Shown here in pieces: positions 56,472 through 64,000 of a DNA stretch of 64,000 bases (position 1 is the first letter of the stretch; every line of letters begins with the position of its first letter). The stretch is from Octopus vulgaris (Eukaryota): NCBI GenBank assembly GCA_951406725.2, contig OX597823.1:65720001-65784000 (forward strand), written 5' to 3'. A program made the translations under genes and the position numbers. Under the pieces are notes generated by a model. It saw only the letters and a list, made by a program, of their open reading frames with translations, was not told the DNA's origin and did no database searches.

Positions 56472-57029
56472 GTAATTGCTGCTGCTTCTATTGAAGAATA
56501 CGATGATGCTTCTGTTTGTTGCTTTTGCTTGCAACTGGTGCAATCGTCGCTGCTGCTGTTTAAGCGGATGATGATTAGTATGTTGTTGTTGTTGTTGTTG
56601 CTTCTGATGATGTAGGATGTGATGAGGTTTAATTGCTCAAACAACATTAACACAGTAAACCGACGAAAAAACTTCTATGATGACATTCGACTTTTATACA
56701 CGATGGATAACGTGGGTAATGTGAGGCTGAACCCCCAGGAAACGGCTAGTATACATTTGGCTATACGTTTGTTACACCTGAAATGGAGGCAGTGTCCACC
56801 CGAATGCAAAAGTGAAGGGGCTAAAGTTTTCTTTGGATGATTGGATGGTACCGAAATTGTCATCGCCTCCGGATGTTGAGAACATTTACTATGGTAGCAA
56901 ACATACAATGAAATGTCACTTGCTCAAAAACACTTTGTATATGAATAGAACTAGAAAACCGTATTTAAGAAGACGCAGCATTATGAAAATATGGAGAAAC
57001 ATTAAACATTAAATATTGTATCATTAGTC

Positions 57030-57435
57030 GGGTGGATCGAGTTCCCACCGCCAATCTCCGACTTCGCCTGCCTCTACGGCCCCTTCCATCTGTCCTTCTG
57101 CAACGGCGTTTGCGGTGGTTTGATCAGGCATGTAGGCGTCCGGTGGGTGAACTGAGCCGTGATGTCCTTCTCCCAACTCAACTTCCCAACTGGCGGAAAC
57201 GCGCGGGCGGGCAGCTGAAGACCTGGGCTACAACGATCAAGGAAGGCCTCTCTGTGCTCACGGGTCCGCAGGTGGTCGGCCTGCGCCGATGGAACCGTGA
57301 CTGGCTCGCTATCTCCACTGAACTGGCGCAGGACCGACGTGCATGAGCTGCCATGGTTCGAGATGCCTCGAGGTTGGTAGAGGAAGCCGACTCAACCAGC
57401 CGAGGGTGAATGTCGCCAGAAGTACAAGTACAATT
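57030..57435 (+). mobile_element. RTE-clade LINE 3' end
   Basis: GC-rich; QRRLRWF..RR..WRKRAGGQLKTW..LAQDR; short tandem tail AAGTAC. Confidence 0.8.
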
Positions 57436-59203
57436 AAGTATCACTAGTTCAAAATGGCATCTTTCAATTCACTCTATGACTGCATAATAATTTTCGATGA
57501 CGGTATGTCTTTCTGTCATTGATCATTATATATTTTTTATATATTTTCCCCATGAATATTGTCGGATATTCCTGTCACTGCATCAGCTCATCATCTTTGA
57601 CAATTAAAGAGGATGTAAGAGTTATGTTAGGTCTGAAAATATAAAGTTCTTCACAAGTAATTCCTAACATCTAAACCATTTCGTATACGCTCTCAAGCAA
57701 TTATTCAGCTATTAGCTACTAATTTTCTTGTCAAATTTACTTCCCTTAAATAGTATGAGAAACCTTAATTCAAGTAAAATTGTGACGTTACTTTTCTTAA
57801 GCAGTAATAGTTTCACGCAACAAGAATGTAAAGAGAAGCTATCAACACCTTATGAATGATGATTTTATATTTTCTTTAGATCTTTCGAAGTATTAATCAG
57901 AACAACTTGTCAAATTTCATTTTAGAGAGTTGTAACAAGCGTCTGATTAGGTTTTTTCTTGTCATTCAAAAATGCCGATACGAATAAGCGGAGAAGAATT
58001 GGATTAAGTACTTGCCACAGGAATTGTCTTTCTCGGTCTTCATATATATATATGTATGTATATGTGTATGTATGTATGTATATATGTACATATATATATA
58101 TATATATGTATATATATTTATATATATATATATACATATATATACATACATACATATACACACTGGCACACACATACACGCATACACACATATATATTGT
58201 TTCGAATGACATACATTCAGTGAAAATATTGGAAATATATTTCATAGAATTATAGCATCTAAATAGAATAATTACTTACTTTTCTTAAAAAAATAGACTC
58301 ATCATGCATTAATTGAGACACTTTTTTCCGGCAAAATAGAACGGTAAATTATTCAATTATTGAAATATATAAAAAATTATGAAATGCAATCTCAAACCAA
58401 TTGAATGTATTCATTACGGTTTTAATAGGAGTTGAATATCAACGAAAAGATAGACAGATAGCTACACAGGCAGATAAATAGACAGACACAAAGACAGACA
58501 GGCGATAGCTAGATAGATTGATAGATAGATGGATAGATAGATGGATTGACAAACTGAATGGTAGTGAGAAGGAAAGAGAAATAATTAGATAGATTCAGCG
58601 AAGCTGAAAATATTTAACTGCTGCCAAAATTGTAAAATAACAACGTAGTCCAAAAAAGGTGGCAACTTTCAATTATGTAATTTTAGATAATTCATATGGA
58701 TAAAAATATTGGCTTCGAAAATTAGTAAAATTCTTTTGTCGCCGTACAAGGTGCAATTTCCAATTAGAGAAAAGAAAAAGTGGCATGCTGGGGTGTTTCA
58801 CAAAGTAAGAAAACGTCAAAGTTAGTTATATCTGACACAAATCGGAGCGATGTTACATACACACAGAGAGAGGCATATACACAGACAGACAGACACACAC
58901 ACACACACACACACACATTAAGACACACTCACACACACTAATTCTATGCAGAGAAGAAGAGGTGTCATATCACTGAATTTCAAGTTGCCAAACATTACCT
59001 CGTGGAACCTGATGTTTGTGACAGAGGGAATGATTTCCATGATAATGTTTTCCTTGTCTGTCAATCGTTTTGATTTTTATGACCAAGATATATTCACTAC
59101 CTACATATGAATATAACTCTTTACTCTTTACTAAGAACTCTTTACTCGAAAAGTTAAACTGTCCAAAGCATGGCTGACATCAAACATCATTAAATGTCTA
59201 AGG

Positions 59204-59247
<44 letters not shown>

Positions 59248-59470
59248 TCAATATAGGGTGGCAAAAAAAATTTTGTAGAATTCTTTTGCCACCAGCGGCC
59301 TAGTGGGAAAAAATTAAATAGTCATAGACCATTTTTAAGTTCAACATCAACAATCAAGGAACGGCCATAATAGGCCATTCACCCACTAGAAATAACAGCC
59401 AAAGCTTCAACCGCAAATAAAAATTAATTCCGTAAACCAGGAGAAAATTTAAAAAAACATTTACCCTGTA

Positions 59471-59577
59471 ATTTCTTATACGATATACCGTTTCATCTGC
59501 TGATTAATGGTAAACTAACCTGATTAAATTAAATCAAGCCAATCTTCCACAGGCCCTCAGATTCTTCAGTAAGAAAT
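59471..59577 (-). ncRNA. Type I hammerhead ribozyme (inverted copy)
   Basis: Reverse complement of 60035-60141. Confidence 0.88.
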
Positions 59578-60034
59578 AGCCCAAGTCGGAACAGATATTT
59601 TCACGAGGCATTTCCGACCTTGCCAAGTTTATATCTGACCTAAAATTTTTCCAGGGTAAATGTTTTTTAAATTTTCTCCTGGTTTACGGAATTAATTTTT
59701 ATTTGCGGTTGAAGCTTTGGCTGTTATTTCTAGTGGGTGAATGGCCTATTATGGCCGTTCCTTGATTGTTGATGTTGAACTTAAAAATGGTCTATGACTA
59801 TTTAATTTTTTCCCACTAGGCCGCTGGTGGCAAAAGAATTCTACAAAATTTTTTTTGCCACCCTATATTGATTAATTATGAATTTTCTGGTTAATTCCGT
59901 AATGGAATCGACGGCTTATATTTATTTGCTGCCGATAAATTTGGCGCGAGTGCGACGATTTGAAAATTTTAGGTCAGATATAAACTTGGCAAGGTCGGAA
60001 ATGCCTCGTGAAAATATCTGTTCCGACTTGGGCT

Positions 60035-60141
60035 ATTTCTTACTGAAGAATCTGAGGGCCTGTGGAAGATTGGCTTGATTTAATTTAATCAGGTTAGTTT
60101 ACCATTAATCAGCAGATGAAACGGTATATCGTATAAGAAAT
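60035..60141 (+). ncRNA. Type I hammerhead ribozyme with long stem II
   Basis: ATTTCTTA CTGAAGA ATCTG..CAGAT GAA ACG GTATAT CGT A TAAGAAAT: 8 bp stem I, GUA site at 60131-60133. Confidence 0.88.
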
Positions 60142-60321
60142 TACAGGGTAAATGTTTTTTAAATTTTCTCCTGGTTTACGGAATTAATTTTTATTTGCGG
60201 TTGAAGCTTTGGCTGTTATTTCTAGTGGGTGAATGGCCTATTATGGCCGTTCCTTGATTGTTGATATATATATATATATATATACAGACGTGTATGTGTA
60301 TGTATGTGTCTGCGCACTCGC

Positions 60322-60366
<45 letters not shown>

Positions 60367-60379
60367 AATATATATATAA

Positions 60380-60760
60380 AAACACATTTGATTAAATATA
60401 AAACCACTATTAGGCAAATCAAACAGTGAAAAACATAAACCAAAACATAAATATAAAAATAATTAATATAATATACAAAATATATAAAATATAAAAATTT
60501 AAAATTAAAATTCTTAATTTATATTTATGAATTTTTATATTTTTATAATTTTTTTTAATTAAATATATATAACTATCAAGCATTATTACAACGTTTAATA
60601 TGAGATTAAAAGTAAAACCACTAAGTACGTTTCATGCGCATAACCTAATTCGAATTACAATAATTTAAATTCAATTAATAATTCGAATTATGGTTATAGT
60701 GAATCTTCAGGTTAAAGATAATAGTTAAATAAATAAGCAAATATATTTAAACAATATTTA
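60380..60760 (-). mobile_element. HHR element related to 63340-63650, degenerate hammerhead 60616-60713
   Basis: Shares AAAACCACTATTA.GCAAATCAAACA. Minus strand CTGAAGA..long stem..GAAAC GTAC TTA GTGGTT, with stems I and III damaged. Confidence 0.6.
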
Positions 60761-60769
60761 TATATATGC

Positions 60770-61205
60770 CTCCCCTTTGAGAAACAATGATATAACCGAA
60801 ATTTGAGACACCAGCAACAGAAGAAATAAAGATAGACTTCTTTTCTTCATGCCAAGTTTGAAGAAAACATTTCTTTTGCATCTTACATTTTTGGTCTCTT
60901 AAATATACTACATTTTGTGGCATTATTTCAAGCCAGTCGGCTTTTTATGCGCAAACTGCATGTACATTTTTGTCGCGTACGCGTAGTATCGATTGCAACA
61001 GCTGATGTACTTGCACGTACAAATGCACGCTCCCCCGGCTTTATCGATCACATTCTCACCTAGAATCGATTTTTGTAATTTTTCAAGACTTGTACACGCT
61101 CTGATACCGTCGGTATCTACATATAAAATTTGAGCGCAATCGGATGGAGGATACCCGAGATCCTAGAAGACACACACACAGACAGGACGGATTTTATATA
61201 ATAGA
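60770..61205 (-). mobile_element. Helitron-like element, same family as 1-363
   Basis: Minus strand TCTATTATATAAAATCCGTCC..; carries ~190 bp absent from the first copy. Confidence 0.65.
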
Positions 61206-61440
61206 TATGCGCCACATGTTGCGCTATTCTACGATCAGATGTAGGAGACTTTACATATCTATTATTACTAAGCTGCACAATGTTTGAAATTAAATGTTCT
61301 AAAGTGATACCACAATCTTGTTTATTCTCCTTTTCTAATAAGTATTTTCTCGCTTTATACAAACCATTTCTAACCAACTATGATAGACAACCTGAACGTC
61401 AACAGTTTCCAGTTGTAGCTCTTATAGGACAAAAACCCCT

Positions 61441-61504
<64 letters not shown>

Positions 61505-61508
<4 letters not shown>

Positions 61509-61812
61509 TATTTGAGTAATTGAATGAATTATCTTATTAAGGATAATTCGAAAGATAAACGATACCTGGGTAGCAAATTCACATCAGGAAGAACACGGTT
61601 GAAGCTACGTCGCTAGGGCATAGACTACGTGTCTTCCTGCGGAAATTTGTATGTTTATTTTAAAATTATAAGTATATGAAAGAATGGAGTTGAACGACTA
61701 GTTAACAAATATCCTTTATTCTCGACATATGTTTCGAAGGCTGCATATTCCTAATTCCGAAGGAATAAGGAGTACTAGTCGTTCATCTCCATTCTTTCAT
61801 ATACTTATAATA
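61505..61812 (-). mobile_element. Truncated pLTR of the PLE family at 5443-7077
   Basis: Homologous to 5445-5590 and 6966-7075; HHR 3' half GCAGCCTTC GAA ACATATGT C GAGAAT; short terminal inversion. Confidence 0.75.
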
Positions 61813-62730
61813 TATATATATACAGAGAGAGTTCACGTAAAAAACAAAAGACGAAGACAGGTGGTGAACAAAACAAACAGACGTATTAGTATAACGCTCA
61901 GGAATAGAAAAAATCTTTTACGCTTCGGCCTACGCTCTTCTACAGAAAGGGACACAGAAAAAAGAAAACAAGAAGAGAAACAAGGAGAGAGAAAAATGTG
62001 TGTAGTGGCTACAGATCTATCATGGTGTGTGTGTTTAAACATAATTAATGGATAAAATCATCAAAATTAATTAATAAAACCAGTGGCCAGCATATAACAA
62101 ATAACCTTTTAGGTAAAATGCATATATATTATATTTAAGGGAACCAAAGCTACTATGTCTATATGCGAGCAATAGACGTCAAGTACGTCCAGCCACTTAA
62201 AATCTTCACTTTACGTATATACAGGTTGAAAGCGGGAAAGCGGACTGATTAAAAATTCAAAAGTAATTCAGATAGTTTGTGATTGATCAATTTCGAGATC
62301 AGTTTAATTATTTTCAAATTTGTAAGCAGTGCACTTTACTACTATCAACGTGTGTATATGTAAGGTGAAGATTTGTAGTGGCTGGACGTATTTGATGGCT
62401 ATTTTCAGCATATAAGCATGGCAGCCTGGAACTATGTGGCGAGCACATCTCAAATCAGTACTCCAGGCGGATGAGAACAAAGGTCCTCCACAGGATCAAC
62501 ATGACATCTTAGTCTCTTATGTCTTGTCAATGATGTGTCTTGTAATGGTAATGCGTTCCGAAGGTACGGATTTGCACAAGCACTGTTTAAATTGTTAGTT
62601 TTCTCCAATTGTAGTGTTTAACTTCCTTGGCAATCGTTTTCATAGAGCTTTAAAAAGTTCTGACATAATATCTCCAGATATTTCAGTTCTAGGTGGTATA
62701 CGCTTCCCGAAAGTGCACTTTCACCAACGT

Positions 62731-62793
<63 letters not shown>

Positions 62794-63339
62794 TCTTGTG
62801 TACAGCCCTTTTCAGCTAAAATTTTTTTACTGCTCAAGATAGTCAATAGCACTGTTGTATCATTCCTCGCAGATTTAATGATATTTCGCCTTGCAAATCG
62901 AAATGATTCTTAAACATTTCAAGCCATAGTCTAATGACTGAAACAAGTAAAACATAAACAATAAAAGGTACGTACATTTACATTGGCTAAAATGCTGATA
63001 AATAGTCGTTTGCTGAGAGAAATATGCTGTTTATGACTTCTTAGAATTTATCCGAGTTGCTACAGGAAAGGATTTTTTAACTCATCCTAAATTTAGTGGT
63101 CATAATTAAAAAATCTTCCAAAGCAGAAGCACTGCACTCTGAGGTTACCGCAACGCACAAACTGCGTGAATTGAATTTAAACGCATATAAACACGTGTGC
63201 ATTAGTAATATACATGCCGAAAAAACAGACACACATGCACACATATACAGACGTGCAGGCATGCATGCATACATATATACATAAACACACATGCACACAC
63301 GCACACACACATGTATATATAAATATATATATATATATA

Positions 63340-63642
63340 TATTATATTAAATTAGAGACAAAACCACTATTATGCAAATCAAACAAAGAAAGACTTAAGC
63401 CAATACATAAAATAATTTATATAAATTTAGAAATTTAACAATTATAAATAACCACTACGATCGTTTCATGTCTTATTTCAGCACATCTTTAAGACATTCT
63501 TCAGGTGGTTTCAAAACCTTTTTGGCGAGTTTTAAACTATGGTTTTGTCTCTAATTTAATATAATATAATATTTTACTATAAAATTGGATTCAATCCTAA
63601 ATCTGATTTTTCCCTGTAAATTTGGATTTATTCCCTAATATT

Positions 63643-63650
<8 letters not shown>
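63340..63650 (-). mobile_element. Short HHR element with inversion, in (TA)n
   Basis: TATATTAAATTAGAGACAAAACCA inverted near 63540; related fragments at 35750-35905 and 60380. Confidence 0.75.
63450..63510 (-). ncRNA. Type I hammerhead ribozyme
   Basis: AACCAC CTGAAGA ATGTCTTA..TAAGACAT GAA ACGATCGT A GTGGTT: paired stems, palindromic stem III, GUA site. Confidence 0.9.
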
Positions 63651-63675
<25 letters not shown>

Positions 63676-64000
63676 GATATCCATGCTTCGATAATTATTA
63701 CATAATACATTTCTATGACATTTTTTATTATTGTAAACAATTCTCTGAGGCCTAACGTACATATCGAACGCGCCAAAACGCACATTCACAGACACATAAA
63801 ATTCATATACAAAATCTGACGTCGTCGTTGTTGTGGTAAAAAATGTCCTTCACTATAGTTGACTATAGAAAGATTACTTTGATAATATGTTATGTTGTTT
63901 TAATCCAAATGAAGATAAAAATTACATGTTGACACTGGTGGAGTCTAATACTATTCCCTTGTAAAATTTGATTTGGTCGAGCCATTTGAGCCATTTAAGA

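Larger units (their letters stand above)
59241..60265. mobile_element. Non-coding HHR element: 492 nt partial tandem plus inverted copy, in (TA)n
   Basis: CAGGGTAAATG at 59652 and 60144. 59241-59468 inverts 59652-59878, and 59346-59650 inverts 59961-60265. Confidence 0.85.

Noticed and set aside
61905-61950. Minus-strand CTGTAGAAGAGC-GTAG-GCC-GAAGCGTA HHR-like motif
   Set aside because: The core deviates at several invariant positions; at best an atypical or decayed variant.

Overview
AT-rich, repeat-saturated eukaryotic DNA, very probably octopus (coleoid cephalopod), judged from the SINE families and the density of TA/AAT/TAGA microsatellites. I see no convincing host protein-coding gene; nearly all listed ORFs are microsatellite or SINE translations. 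Recognisable content: many tRNA-derived SINEs, 3' fragments of CR1, RTE, R4/Dong-like and HERO-like LINEs, decayed Tc1/mariner elements, non-autonomous Helitrons and an intron-containing tRNA-Ile(UAU) gene or pseudogene. The main signal is a set of (TA)n-inserted, inversion-bearing elements carrying type I hammerhead ribozymes (HHRs). Five HHRs have intact cores (6936-7021+, 42750-42813-, 59471-59577-, 60035-60141+, 63450-63510-) and several more are degenerate. One belongs to a Penelope-like element with an open GIY-YIG endonuclease frame but no RT. Two loci contain non-coding ~0.5 kb units (492 and 497 nt periods) resembling retrozymes. Several of these families also share a terminal motif-plus-hairpin architecture. 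All structures were folded by eye, not computed.
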